DNA of 59,053 nucleotides from Marmoricola sp. (GTDB lineage Bacteria; Actinomycetota; Actinomycetes; Propionibacteriales; Nocardioidaceae): contig DASSLA010000020.1 in assembly GCA_035689885.1 (NCBI GenBank), positions 1 to 59,053 of the forward strand, written 5' to 3'. The notes beneath the pieces were generated by a model, which saw only the letters and a list, made by a program, of their open reading frames with translations, made no database searches and was not told the DNA's origin. This document shows positions 41,028-50,473 of this stretch, in pieces; the stretch's first letter is position 1; every line of letters begins with the position of its first letter. Position numbers and translations under genes: made by a program.

Positions 41028-43028
41028 ATGACCTACTTCGTCACCGGCGCGACCGGTTTCATCGGCCGCTTCCTCGTCCAGGAGCTCGTCGACAACCGGG
41101 AGGGCGAGATCTTCGTGCTCTGCCGCGAAGGCTCGCTCCCCCGCCTCGAGCGACTCCGCGAGGAGTGGGGCAGCGACCGCGTGGTGCCGGTGGTCGGCGA
41201 CCTCGGCGAGCCCGACCTCGGTGTCGACCCGGAGTGGATCGATGACCACCGCGGGAAGATCGACCACTTCTTCCACCTCGCCGCGATCTACGACATGACC
41301 GCCTCCGACGAGCTGAACGAGAAGCTCAACGTCGGCGGCACCCGCAACGCCATCGGACTCGCCGGACGCCTCGAGGCCGGCGTCTTCCACCAGGTCTCCT
41401 CGGTGGCCGCCTCCGGTGACTACCGCGGGGTCTTCGACGAGACGATGTTCGACGAGGGACAGCGGCTGCCCTCGCCGTACCACCGCACCAAGTTCGAGTC
41501 CGAGAAGATCGTGCGCGAGGAGTGCCCGGTCCCGTGGCGGGTCTACCGCCCGGCCGTCGTGGTCGGTCACTCCGAGACCGGCGCGATGGACAAGATCGAC
41601 GGCCCCTACTACTTCTTCCCGATGTTCAAGATGCTGCGGGCCATCCCCGGGTGGATCCCGCTCGTCGGCGTCGACCTCGGCGACACCAACGTGGTGCCGG
41701 TCGACTACGTGGCCAAGGCCACCGACCACATCGCCCACCAGCCGGGACTCGACGGCCAGGCGTTCCACCTCGTCAACCCCGAGCCGATCAGCACGGTCGA
41801 CCTGATCAACACCTTCGCGAAGGCTGCCAACGCGCCGCGCTTCGCCTTGCCGGTCGACCGCAGCGTCACCGCCAAGCTCCCGACCGCATTCCTTCCCCGG
41901 CAGCTGCAGCCCGCCAACCTGCTGGGCGCAGCGCTGCGGGCGGCCCCGGTCAACATGGCGCTGCGCCAGACGATCGGCCGGCTCGGCGTACCGCCGGAGG
42001 TCCTCGAGCACGTCTCCTTCCCCTCGATCTACGCCTCCCGGACGACCGAGAAGGCGCTGGCCGGCTCCGGCATCTCGGTGCCCGACCTCGACTCCTACTC
42101 CTCGGTGCTGTGGTCGTACTGGGAGGAGAACCTCGACGACTCCATCAAGCGCGACCCGGCCACGGTCACGGCGCTGGCCAACAAGACCGTGGTGATCACC
42201 GGCGCCTCTTCCGGCATCGGCAAGGTCACCGCCGTCCAGGTGGCCAAGGCCGGCGGCGTGCCGATCATGGTCGCCCGAGGCCAGGAGAAGCTGGAGGAGA
42301 CGCGGCGGCTGATCGAGTCGCAGGGCGGGACGGCCTACTGCTACCCGTGCGACCTCTCCGACCTGCACGCCATCGACGCCCTGACCAAGGAGCTGTCCGA
42401 GGACTTCGAGCACATCGACTTCGTCGTCAACAACGCCGGCCGCTCGATCCGCCGCTCGCTGCGACTCAGCGAGGACCGGTTCCACGACTTCGAGCGCACC
42501 ATGCAGCTGAACTACTTCGGCGCCATCCGCCTGGTGATGGGGCTGCTTCCGAAGATGCGGGCGCAGAAGTCCGGCCACGTGGTCAACGTCTCCTCGATCG
42601 GTGTGCTGACCAACCCGCCGCGGTTCTCGGCGTACGTCGCGTCCAAGGCCGCGCTCGACGCGTGGAGCAACGTGGTCTCCAGCGAGCTCGTCGGCGACGG
42701 CGTCTCCTTCACCAGCATCCACATGCCGCTGGTGCGCACCCCGATGATCGCGCCGACCAAGATGTACGACCGGTTCCCGGCGATCACGCCCGCGCAGGCG
42801 GCCGCGAAGGTGATCAGCGCCCTGGTCCAGCGGCCCCACGAGATCAACACCAAGACCGGCAACGTCGGCGCGCTCGCGCACACCCTGGCGCCCAAGACCA
42901 TGTTCCGGGTGCTGCACGTCGCCTACCAGGTCTTCCCGGACTCGGCCGCCGCACGCGGGGAGGATCGAGGCCGTCCGGAGAGCGAGCAGATGATGCTGGC
43001 CCGGCTGCTCAAGGGCGTCCACTGGTGA
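41028..43028 (+). CDS. Two-domain SDR / fatty acyl-CoA reductase (AcrA1-like)
   Basis: N-terminal extended SDR TGATGFIG...YHRTK; C-terminal classical SDR TGASSGIG, NNAGRSIRR, YVASK. Confidence 0.88.
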   Translation: MTYFVTGATGFIGRFLVQELVDNREGEIFVLCREGSLPRLERLREEWGSDRVVPVVGDLGEPDLGVDPEWIDDHRGKIDHFFHLAAIYDMTASDELNEKLNVGGTRNAIGLAGRLEAGVFHQVSSVAASGDYRGVFDETMFDEGQRLPSPYHRTKFESEKIVREECPVPWRVYRPAVVVGHSETGAMDKIDGPYYFFPMFKMLRAIPGWIPLVGVDLGDTNVVPVDYVAKATDHIAHQPGLDGQAFHLVNPEPISTVDLINTFAKAANAPRFALPVDRSVTAKLPTAFLPRQLQPANLLGAALRAAPVNMALRQTIGRLGVPPEVLEHVSFPSIYASRTTEKALAGSGISVPDLDSYSSVLWSYWEENLDDSIKRDPATVTALANKTVVITGASSGIGKVTAVQVAKAGGVPIMVARGQEKLEETRRLIESQGGTAYCYPCDLSDLHAIDALTKELSEDFEHIDFVVNNAGRSIRRSLRLSEDRFHDFERTMQLNYFGAIRLVMGLLPKMRAQKSGHVVNVSSIGVLTNPPRFSAYVASKAALDAWSNVVSSELVGDGVSFTSIHMPLVRTPMIAPTKMYDRFPAITPAQAAAKVISALVQRPHEINTKTGNVGALAHTLAPKTMFRVLHVAYQVFPDSAAARGEDRGRPESEQMMLARLLKGVHW

Positions 43029-43103
43029 CCTCGGCCGCTTGATCGGCTTTCCGCCCCCGGACTTCACTGACCCGGGCTCCGCACCTGTGGCACACTTCTT
43101 CCC

Positions 43104-43133
43104 GTGCTGAACCTCTGTTGTCGCTGTCGCTGA
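43104..43133 (+). CDS. Putative leaderless Cys-rich leader peptide MLNLCCRCR
   Basis: TGTGG-CACACT -10 (43086-43096), 7 nt, GTG CTG AAC CTC TGT TGT CGC TGT CGC TGA. Confidence 0.65.
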   Translation: MLNLCCRCR

Positions 43134-43194
43134 CACCAGCCTCCGGCTGGTGCGCCTCCGCGTCCTCCGACAGCCGACAGAATCGACGACCAGC

Positions 43195-43641
43195 ATGTCT
43201 CCCCTGAGCTTCACCATCTGGACCCGCGCCCTCGCGGCCCGTGGCTTCACCGTCCTGCCCGCGAGCCACGCCGTCCCGATCTCGCTCTGGCTCCGCGAGC
43301 CCGACCCGGCGGGTGACCCGACGGCCGACCGCGTCCTGCACTTCACCGCCCGCGGGGCCCGCTTCCGGCTCGCGGCCCACCGGCCCAGCGACCTGACCAC
43401 GTTGATCCTCCGGTCCGCCTGCGACTGCGAGGAGCACCGGACCGCCGGAGGTGCGGGCAGGGTGGTGCTCAACCCCGGCCGTGCGCCGATCGAGGTGCAC
43501 GAGCTCGACGGTGCGGCCGTCTTCGGCTGGACCGGCCATGAGGCCGCACTCGTGCCCGTGCCGGAGGTGGCCGGCATCTTCGAGTCGCTGCTGGCCAGGA
43601 CGAGCCTGCGCGAACGGGTGGCCGAGCTCGCCGCGTCCTAG
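43195..43641 (+). CDS. Hypothetical protein with CxCxxH motif
   Basis: Coding-like GC3; no family recognised; ACDCEEH. Confidence 0.65.
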   Translation: MSPLSFTIWTRALAARGFTVLPASHAVPISLWLREPDPAGDPTADRVLHFTARGARFRLAAHRPSDLTTLILRSACDCEEHRTAGGAGRVVLNPGRAPIEVHELDGAAVFGWTGHEAALVPVPEVAGIFESLLARTSLRERVAELAAS

Positions 43642-43664
43642 CCGGCACCGGGCAGGATGGCACG

Positions 43665-44180
43665 GTGCAGGTCTTCCACATCGCCACCCTGCCCGACTGG
43701 CAGGCCGCCCGACGGTCGGGCAGCTACACCACGTCGACGTACGGACGCAGCCTCGCCGACGAGGGGTTCATCCACGCTGCGCGGCGCGAGCAGGTGCGTG
43801 GGGTGTTCGGCCGCTACTACCGCGACGTGCCGGAGCGACTGGTGCTGCTGACCATCGACACCGACCGGCTCGACGTGCCGTGGCGCGAGGACGTCGTCGG
43901 CGAGGACACCTTCCCGCACGTGTACGGCGCGATCCCGCGCCGCGCCGTGGTGAGCGTGACGCCGCTGGACCGCCGTGGCGGGACCGCGTCGTTCATGTCG
44001 CTGTTCTTCGAGGAGATGATGGTGCGCGCCCTGCCTGTGGTCCTGGGCCTGCTGCTCGCCGTGGTCGGCGGGCTGCTCGGCAGCGGGCTCGCCGGGGTGA
44101 CCGGGGCCGTCCTCGGGGCCGTGGCCGGCCTGGCGGTCGGGGGCGTCATCCTCTGGTCGGTGCTGCGGCACCGCAGCTGA
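43665..44180 (+). CDS. DUF952 protein with two C-terminal TM helices
   Basis: FHIA...W, SLADEGFIH, FPHVYGAIP; Gly-rich hydrophobic tail. Confidence 0.82.
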   Translation: MQVFHIATLPDWQAARRSGSYTTSTYGRSLADEGFIHAARREQVRGVFGRYYRDVPERLVLLTIDTDRLDVPWREDVVGEDTFPHVYGAIPRRAVVSVTPLDRRGGTASFMSLFFEEMMVRALPVVLGLLLAVVGGLLGSGLAGVTGAVLGAVAGLAVGGVILWSVLRHRS

Positions 44181-44213
44181 CCCGCCAGCTCACGGGGCAC
44201 TCCCCCGACCTCC

Positions 44214-44305
44214 AACCTGCCGAGCGGGCAGTTCTGGTTGCGCGAAATCTGCCGAGCGGGCAGTTCTGGTTGCGCGAAACCTGTCGAGCGGGCAGTTCTG
44301 GTTGC
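44214..44305 (+). repeat. 32-bp-period REP-like array A (3 units)
   Basis: AA(C/T)CTG(C/T)CGAGCGGGCAGTTCTGGTTGC at 44214, 44246, 44278. Confidence 0.9.
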
Positions 44306-44953
44306 TCAGGCGAAGGGCAGCGGCTCGGCGACCATCGAGATCGCCTTCGCCCGCGCGGAAGTCATCCGGCGGCGGTGGTGCGCCCGGCAGAGCACCTCGT
44401 AGACCGCGTCCTCCGGGGCGGCCCCCTGCACGTCGCCGACCACGATCACGTCCCCCTCGGTGACCATCTCGCCGTTGACGCTGCGCGCGTTGTGGGTGGC
44501 CCGCTTGCCGCACCAGCACAGCGCCTCGACCTGCAGCGTGTTCATCCGGTCGGCCAGCTCGACGAGCCGGCGCGAGCCCTCGAAGAGGTGGGTGCGGAAG
44601 TCGGAGAGGATCCCGAACGCGAACACGTCGATCTGGAGCTCGTCGACCACCTTGGCGAGCTGCTCGATCTGCAGCCCGGAGTAGAACTGCGCCTCGTCGC
44701 AGATCAGGTAGTCGACCCGGGAGCCGTGGGTGAGCTCGTGCACGACGTAGCGCCAGAAGTCGAAGCCTTCGTCGACCTCGATCGCGTCGTGCGTCAGGCC
44801 CAGCCGCGAGGAGATGGTGGCCTCCCCCGCGCGGTCGTGGGCGGTGAAGATGCGTCCGATCCGGCCACGGGCGGCGTGGTTGTGGTTGGTCTGCAGCGCC
44901 AGCGTGCTCTTACCGGAGTCCATGGTCCCGGTGAAGAATTGGAGTTCGGCCAT
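44306..44953 (-). CDS. tdk: Thymidine kinase
   Basis: GTMDSGKST, SSRLG, CDEAQF, CWCG...LCRAH. Confidence 0.93.
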   Translation of the reverse strand: MAELQFFTGTMDSGKSTLALQTNHNHAARGRIGRIFTAHDRAGEATISSRLGLTHDAIEVDEGFDFWRYVVHELTHGSRVDYLICDEAQFYSGLQIEQLAKVVDELQIDVFAFGILSDFRTHLFEGSRRLVELADRMNTLQVEALCWCGKRATHNARSVNGEMVTEGDVIVVGDVQGAAPEDAVYEVLCRAHHRRRMTSARAKAISMVAEPLPFA

Positions 44954-44969
44954 CGGGGAGGATCATGCC

Positions 44970-45791
44970 ATGCAGACCTCTCCCACGAGCCCACTGATCG
45001 ATGTCGCGGAGCTCGCCTCTCGGCTCGACGAGGTCGTCCTCCTCGACGTGCGCTGGCGGCTGGGCGGTCCGCCCGGCCAGCCCGAGTTCCTGAGCGGCCA
45101 CATCCCCGGGGCGGCGTACGTCGACCTGCCGACGGCGCTCGCCTCGGCGCCCGGCCCTCGTGGACGACACCCGCTGCCGGAGCCCGGCGTGCTCGAGGCG
45201 GCCCTGCGCGCCGCCGGGGTGCAGCAGGACCGCGGCGTGGTCGTGTACGACGACTGGGCCGGACGCGCCGCCGCACGGGCCTGGTGGCTGCTGCGGTGGA
45301 CGGGACACCAGGACGTGCGGGTGCTGGACGGCGGCTGGGCCGCGTGGCAGGCCGCGGGCCGTCCGGTCGCGACCGGACCCGAGCACCGGCCGGTCGGGGA
45401 CGTCACCGTGCGACCCGGTGGCATGCCGGTGCTGGCGGTCGACGACGTGCTCGAGCACGTCCGGAGCGGCACGCTCGTCGACGCCAGGGAGCCGGAGCGC
45501 TTCCGTGGCGCGGTCGAGCCGGTGGACCCGGTGGCGGGGCACATCCCGGGAGCCACCAACGTGCCGACGAGCGCGAACCTCCGCGCGGACGGCACCTTCC
45601 GGCCGGCCGACGAGCTCCGCAGGGTCTACGCCGGGGCTGACGGTGCCGTCGCGGCGTACTGCGGCTCCGGGGTGACCGCCGCGCACGCGGTCCTCGCCAT
45701 GGAGGTGGCGGGGATCAGCGCCGCGCTCTACCCGGGCTCGTGGAGCGAGTGGGTCACCGACGAGTCGCGGCCGGTCGAACGCTCGGCGTAG
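44970..45791 (+). CDS. Sulfurtransferase (double rhodanese, SseA/SseB-like)
   Basis: GHIPGA, GRHPLP, LDGG, DAR..RFRG, YCGSGVTA, YPGSWSEW. Confidence 0.92.
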   Translation: MQTSPTSPLIDVAELASRLDEVVLLDVRWRLGGPPGQPEFLSGHIPGAAYVDLPTALASAPGPRGRHPLPEPGVLEAALRAAGVQQDRGVVVYDDWAGRAAARAWWLLRWTGHQDVRVLDGGWAAWQAAGRPVATGPEHRPVGDVTVRPGGMPVLAVDDVLEHVRSGTLVDAREPERFRGAVEPVDPVAGHIPGATNVPTSANLRADGTFRPADELRRVYAGADGAVAAYCGSGVTAAHAVLAMEVAGISAALYPGSWSEWVTDESRPVERSA

Positions 45792-45878
45792 CACCGGAAC
45801 TGCCCGGTCGGCAGGTTGGCGCCAACCAGAACTGCCCGGTCGCCACGTTGACGTCAACCAGAACTGCCCGGTCGCGCG
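45792..45878 (-). repeat. 32-bp-period REP-like array B (3 units, inverted relative to A)
   Basis: CAACCAGAACTGCCCGGTCG at 45823 and 45855; degenerate copy at 45792. Confidence 0.88.
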
Positions 45879-47015
45879 TCAGCAGACCAGGATCGGGATG
45901 TGCATCTCGCGCGGCGTGAGCGACCCGTGCAGGCCGACGAGCGTCATCTCGTAGGCGAAGTCGGCCGAGCTCATCAGCGCCCAGCTGTCGTGGGCGGCGG
46001 CCACCACGTCACCCAGGCGCGGCCGCACGTCCGGCGACACCCGGCCGAACCAGCCGCGGGAGATCGCCTCGTCGCGGGTGAGCACCGTTGCCTTGCCGGC
46101 GAGCACCTCCCGCCACGTCGCGGCGACGTCCTCGACCGCGCCCGTGTGGCAGTAGACGTGGCGAAACCTCGCCTCGCCGCCGAGCAGGGTCACGCCGTGG
46201 CGCAGCTCCGGGGTCTCGTCGACGTCGACGTGGGTCTCGGCGGAGCTGTCCACCATGCCGTGGTCGGCCACCACCACGAGCCGCACCTCGGGCGGGAGGG
46301 CGTCGCGCAGCTCCTGGACGTCCTCGTCGATGTCGCGCAGCTGGGAGCGCCAGCGCACCGAGTCGACTCCGGCGCGGTGGCCCTGCCAGTCGAGGTCGCC
46401 GTCGTAGACGTAGGTGATCGACGGCCGGCGCGCGGCCGCGGCGACCGCACCGGCCACGCGCTCCGTGACGTCGTCTGCGCCGACGTACTCCGCCCCGCGC
46501 TGGCCGCTGCGGGTCAGGCCCGAGCCGGTGAACTCGCGCTTGCTCACCACGGCGGTGTGCACCCCGGCGGCCTCGAGGCGCGCGAACGCGGTCGGGTTGG
46601 GCTGCCACTCCAGCGGGTCGACGGTCGTGTCCCAGAAGAGATGGTTGAGCAGCTTGCCGGTGCGCGGGTTGCGCGCAGTGAACCCGACCAGCCCGTGCTC
46701 GCCCGGGGTCATCGCGGTGCCGAGCGAGGTCAGCGACGTCGCGGTCGTGGACGGCACCCCGCAGGTGGCGGGCTCCTGACCCAGCAGCGAGTGGAGGTAC
46801 GGCGCGTGCACGCGGTGCTCGGCCAGCAGCTCGTGACCCAGGCCGTCGACCAGCATCACGACGTACGCCGGGGCGGGCGGGAGCTCCAGCGCCGTCTCGT
46901 GGAAGCCGACGTCGACGCCGAGGGCGGCAGCCGCGGCGGGCAGCACGTCGCCGAGCGACCGACCCGTGTAGTCGGGCTCCACGAACCCCGTCAGCGGATC
47001 GTCCACCTCGATCAT
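45879..47015 (-). CDS. Alkaline phosphatase superfamily nucleotide pyrophosphatase/phosphodiesterase
   Basis: LVDGLG, PSTTATSL, DLDWQGH, VADHGM, GLHGSLT. Confidence 0.88.
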   Translation of the reverse strand: MIEVDDPLTGFVEPDYTGRSLGDVLPAAAAALGVDVGFHETALELPPAPAYVVMLVDGLGHELLAEHRVHAPYLHSLLGQEPATCGVPSTTATSLTSLGTAMTPGEHGLVGFTARNPRTGKLLNHLFWDTTVDPLEWQPNPTAFARLEAAGVHTAVVSKREFTGSGLTRSGQRGAEYVGADDVTERVAGAVAAAARRPSITYVYDGDLDWQGHRAGVDSVRWRSQLRDIDEDVQELRDALPPEVRLVVVADHGMVDSSAETHVDVDETPELRHGVTLLGGEARFRHVYCHTGAVEDVAATWREVLAGKATVLTRDEAISRGWFGRVSPDVRPRLGDVVAAAHDSWALMSSADFAYEMTLVGLHGSLTPREMHIPILVC

Positions 47016-47022
47016 GAGGGGG

Positions 47023-47613
47023 TCAGCGGTGGGTGCGCTCGGACAGGGTCTCCGCGAAGGCCAGCAGGTCGTCGACCGCGTCCTGCCCGTCGGCGGCCGA
47101 GCTGACCCGCAGCGAGAAGTCGTCGGAGGCGAGCACGCCGGTGTAGCCGTGGTCGGCGTCGCACTCCGGGTCGGCGCACGCCGCCGGCTCGAGGTCGATC
47201 CGGTTGACCCCGCCCCAGCCGACGGTCAGCACCGCCTCGCTGGGGGTGGGCTGGCCGCCACCGGCGAAGCTCGCCGGGTTGGCCACCATCCGGTTGACCA
47301 CCACGGAGCGCACCGAGGACAGCCGGATCGCCTCGCTCGAGGTCGAGGTGTAGGGCTCGGGCAGCAGGTCGTCGGGGTCGTGCTCGTCGGTGTGGCACAG
47401 GATCAGCCGGGTGGTGGTGAGCACCACCACGGTGATGTGGCGGCGCACCTCGTCACGGTCGATCGTGGGCTCGTGGTGGACCAGGAAGGAGACGACCTCC
47501 TCGCCGGCCACCGCGGAGCGGACCCCCGCGGCCACGACCTGCGGGTAGTAGCCGGTCTTGTCGATGGCCACGACGAGGTCGTCGAAGCGGTCCCTGGACG
47601 TCACTGAACGCAT
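47023..47613 (-). CDS. DUF5998 family protein
   Basis: GYYPQVV, EVRRHITV, DLEPAACADPECDADHGYTG. Confidence 0.82.
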   Translation of the reverse strand: MRSVTSRDRFDDLVVAIDKTGYYPQVVAAGVRSAVAGEEVVSFLVHHEPTIDRDEVRRHITVVVLTTTRLILCHTDEHDPDDLLPEPYTSTSSEAIRLSSVRSVVVNRMVANPASFAGGGQPTPSEAVLTVGWGGVNRIDLEPAACADPECDADHGYTGVLASDDFSLRVSSAADGQDAVDDLLAFAETLSERTHR

Positions 47614-47681
47614 GGGCCCAGTCTGTCACGGGCCAGGGACGGCCCGATTCACGACTGCACAGGCCGCGGGCGGGTCCCCGT

Positions 47682-50396
47682 TCAGCCCGGCAGGGTGTCG
47701 GCGGCCGGTGCGGTCAGGCGGCGTACGAACCAGTCCGAGCGGGGGTCGACCACCGGCTCCACCCGGCCGCTGGCGCTGAGCACCGATGCGCCGTGGGCGG
47801 TGGCGTGCACCAGCTGCAGGTCGAGGCGGCTGACCTGGGGCAGGTCCATCTTCAGCTGCGCCACCCGGCGGATGAGGTCCTCCACCGCCGGCACGTCCAC
47901 CTGCTCGCTGCCGCGGTAGCCGAACAGCAGGGGGGCGGCCTTGATCCCGCGCACCGTCTCGGCAGCGTCCAGCGCCGAGATGGGCGGGATGCGGTACTCC
48001 TTGTCGCCGACCAGGTCGGTCAGCGCGCCGCTGATGCTGAACGACACCGCCGGGCCGAAGAGCGGGTCCTCGAGGCTGCCCACCGCCACCGGGATGCCGG
48101 GCCCCGCGGTGCGCTGCACCACGAACTCCGCCTGCGCCGGGTCGGTGATGACCTCCATCGAGGCCGCCCAGGCGTGGCGCATGTCGTGCTCGTCCTCGAG
48201 GTTGCGCCACACGTGCGCCATGTCTGGTCGCTGCCGCAGGCGTTCGGCGCTGGCCTTGAGCACGACGTCCCAGCCGAGCTGCCCGGCGGCCGCGATCGCC
48301 TCCTCGACCGTCTCGACGCGGATCCGTTCCCACAGCTCGATGCCGTAGTGGCCCAACAGGGTGCGCAGCTCGTCCTCGGCGAGGTCGCGGCCCTCCTCGG
48401 CGCCCATCAGGATCTCGTTGACCATCCGGGTGGCGGCGTCGTGGTCGACGTTGTCCAGCACCCCGGTCGACTCGTCGTCGCGGGCCAGCCAGGCGGCGTA
48501 CTCGACCACGCGGGCGAGGGCCCGCACCGCCGACTCCACGGCCGGGTAGGACGGCACCGAGCCGCGACCGGCGGTGTGGCCCGCCACGTCGGGGACACGG
48601 AGCAGCTCGGGGACGCCCTCGCGTCCGAGGAAGGTCGAGACGAGCGGCTTGTCCGACTGCTCCCCCACCGCCGCCAGCACGTTGGCGACCTCTTCGCCAC
48701 CGGCGTCCAGCGGCGGGATGTAGACGGCCACGACCGCGTCCACCTCGTCGTCGTCGATGGCCCGGTCGAGGGCGTCCTCGAAGTCCTCAGCCGTGGCCTC
48801 CGAGCCGAGGGCGTGCGCCGAGGTGACGGTCAGCCCGCTGGCCGCAGCCGCGTCGCCGGCGAGCAGGCCGAGCGCGTCGGAGTTGCCCACGATCGCGACC
48901 CGGGCGCCGCGCGGCAGCGGCTGGTGGGCCAGCAGCTGCGCGACGTCGAACATCTCGTCGAGCGTGTCCACCTGGATCACCCCGGCCTGGCGGAACATCG
49001 CGTCCACCGCGGCGGGCGGCGCGGCGATCCGTCGTACGGCGTGGCCCATCGGGACGCCCTGGGTGGAGCGGCCCGACCGCACCGCGATGATCGGCTTCTT
49101 GCGCGAGACCCGGCGGGCGATGCGGGAGAACTTGCGCGGGTTACCGATGGACTCCAGGTAGAGCAGGATCACCTCGGTGGCGGGGTCCTCCTCCCAGTAC
49201 TGCAGGAGGTCGTTGCCCGAGACGTCCGCGCGGTTGCCGGCGCTGACGAAGGTGGACAGGCCCAGGCCGCGGCCGCGGACCTTCTCGAGGATCGCCGACC
49301 CGAGTGCGCCGGACTGGCAGAAGAAGCCGGCGCGGCCGCGCTGCGGCATCACCGTGGCCAGCGAGGCGTTGAGCGAGACGTCGGGGGCGGTGTTGATCAC
49401 CCCGAGGCAGTTGGGACCGATCAGGCGCAGCCCGTAGGACCTCGCCAGCCCGACCAGCTTGCGCTGCCGGCGCCGGCCCTCGTCACCGGTCTCGGCGAAG
49501 CCACTCGAGATGACGATCAGGCCGTGCACGCCCTTGGCGGCGCAGTCCAGTACGACGTCCTGCACCTTCTCGGCGGGTACGGCGACCACGGCCACGTCGA
49601 CGTCGCCGGGGATGTCGCCGACCGTCGGGTAGGACGGCATCCCGGCGACCGAGTCGGTGCCGGGGTTGACCACGTAGACGACGCCCGCGTAGTCGCCGAG
49701 GACGATGTTGCGCACCAGGGCGGCGCCGATCGTGTCGCGGCGCCTGGAGGCACCGATCACGGCCACGCTGCGGGCGTGCAGGAAGGCGGCGATCGAGGCC
49801 GCCTCGGAGCGGTGCTCGCGGGCGGCGATCACGCCCATCGAGGTCTCGGTCGGGTCGATGTCGAACTCGAGGTGCATCACACCCTCGTCCCAGCCGCCGC
49901 TGACCTGGTAACCCTGCTCGCGGAACACCTGCAGCATCCGCTTGTTCTCGGGCAGCACCTCGGCCACGAACCGGTCGACGCCCCGCTCCCGGGCGGCCTG
50001 GGCGAGGTGCTCGAGGAGCAGCTGCCCCATCCCGCGGCCCTGATGTGCGTCCTGGACGAGGAAGGCGACCTCGGCGAGGCCCTTCTCGATGACGTCGTAG
50101 CGCCCCACCGCGAGGATCCGCTCCGCGACGGTCAGCACGAACGCGACCCGGTCGTGGTGGTCCACATGGGTGAACCGGTGGACGTCGCGCTCGGAGAGCT
50201 CGGGCATCGGGGCGAAGAACCGGAAGTACTTCGACTGCTCGGAGACGTGGGAGTAGAACTCGACGAGTCCCGCCGCATCGTCGGGCGTGATCGGCCGCAG
50301 GTGCGCCGTACGCCCGTCGCGGAGGAGGACGTCGGCCTCCCAGTGCTCCGGGTATCCCCGAGGCGCCTCGGACAGGTCGGTATCCGGTGCCGTCAC
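47682..50396 (-). CDS. GNAT + NDP-forming acyl-CoA ligase fusion (Pat-type protein lysine acetyltransferase)
   Basis: N-terminal GNAT (YFRFF, HQGRGMG), CoA-binding (VIGAS, IGPNCLG, QSGALG, YLESIG), ATP-grasp tail (DPLFGP). Confidence 0.88.
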   Translation of the reverse strand: MTAPDTDLSEAPRGYPEHWEADVLLRDGRTAHLRPITPDDAAGLVEFYSHVSEQSKYFRFFAPMPELSERDVHRFTHVDHHDRVAFVLTVAERILAVGRYDVIEKGLAEVAFLVQDAHQGRGMGQLLLEHLAQAARERGVDRFVAEVLPENKRMLQVFREQGYQVSGGWDEGVMHLEFDIDPTETSMGVIAAREHRSEAASIAAFLHARSVAVIGASRRRDTIGAALVRNIVLGDYAGVVYVVNPGTDSVAGMPSYPTVGDIPGDVDVAVVAVPAEKVQDVVLDCAAKGVHGLIVISSGFAETGDEGRRRQRKLVGLARSYGLRLIGPNCLGVINTAPDVSLNASLATVMPQRGRAGFFCQSGALGSAILEKVRGRGLGLSTFVSAGNRADVSGNDLLQYWEEDPATEVILLYLESIGNPRKFSRIARRVSRKKPIIAVRSGRSTQGVPMGHAVRRIAAPPAAVDAMFRQAGVIQVDTLDEMFDVAQLLAHQPLPRGARVAIVGNSDALGLLAGDAAAASGLTVTSAHALGSEATAEDFEDALDRAIDDDEVDAVVAVYIPPLDAGGEEVANVLAAVGEQSDKPLVSTFLGREGVPELLRVPDVAGHTAGRGSVPSYPAVESAVRALARVVEYAAWLARDDESTGVLDNVDHDAATRMVNEILMGAEEGRDLAEDELRTLLGHYGIELWERIRVETVEEAIAAAGQLGWDVVLKASAERLRQRPDMAHVWRNLEDEHDMRHAWAASMEVITDPAQAEFVVQRTAGPGIPVAVGSLEDPLFGPAVSFSISGALTDLVGDKEYRIPPISALDAAETVRGIKAAPLLFGYRGSEQVDVPAVEDLIRRVAQLKMDLPQVSRLDLQLVHATAHGASVLSASGRVEPVVDPRSDWFVRRLTAPAADTLPG

Positions 50397-50473
50397 GCTG
50401 TGAAATGTACCGTCCGGCGCCGGAACGGCGCGCCCGGCCGCCGATCGTCACCGGGGGTTGGGAGAATCCCGGC

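Noticed and set aside
37278-43577. 2099-aa minus-strand ORF
   Set aside because: Antisense shadow of the lactone oxidase, sepH and SDR genes in stop-poor high-GC DNA; only the last about 341 codons (DUF2891) look real.
44214-44305. CRISPR array interpretation of the 32-bp repeats
   Set aside because: Only 2-3 units per locus, linkers of about 10 nt or less and partly identical, no cas genes or leader.
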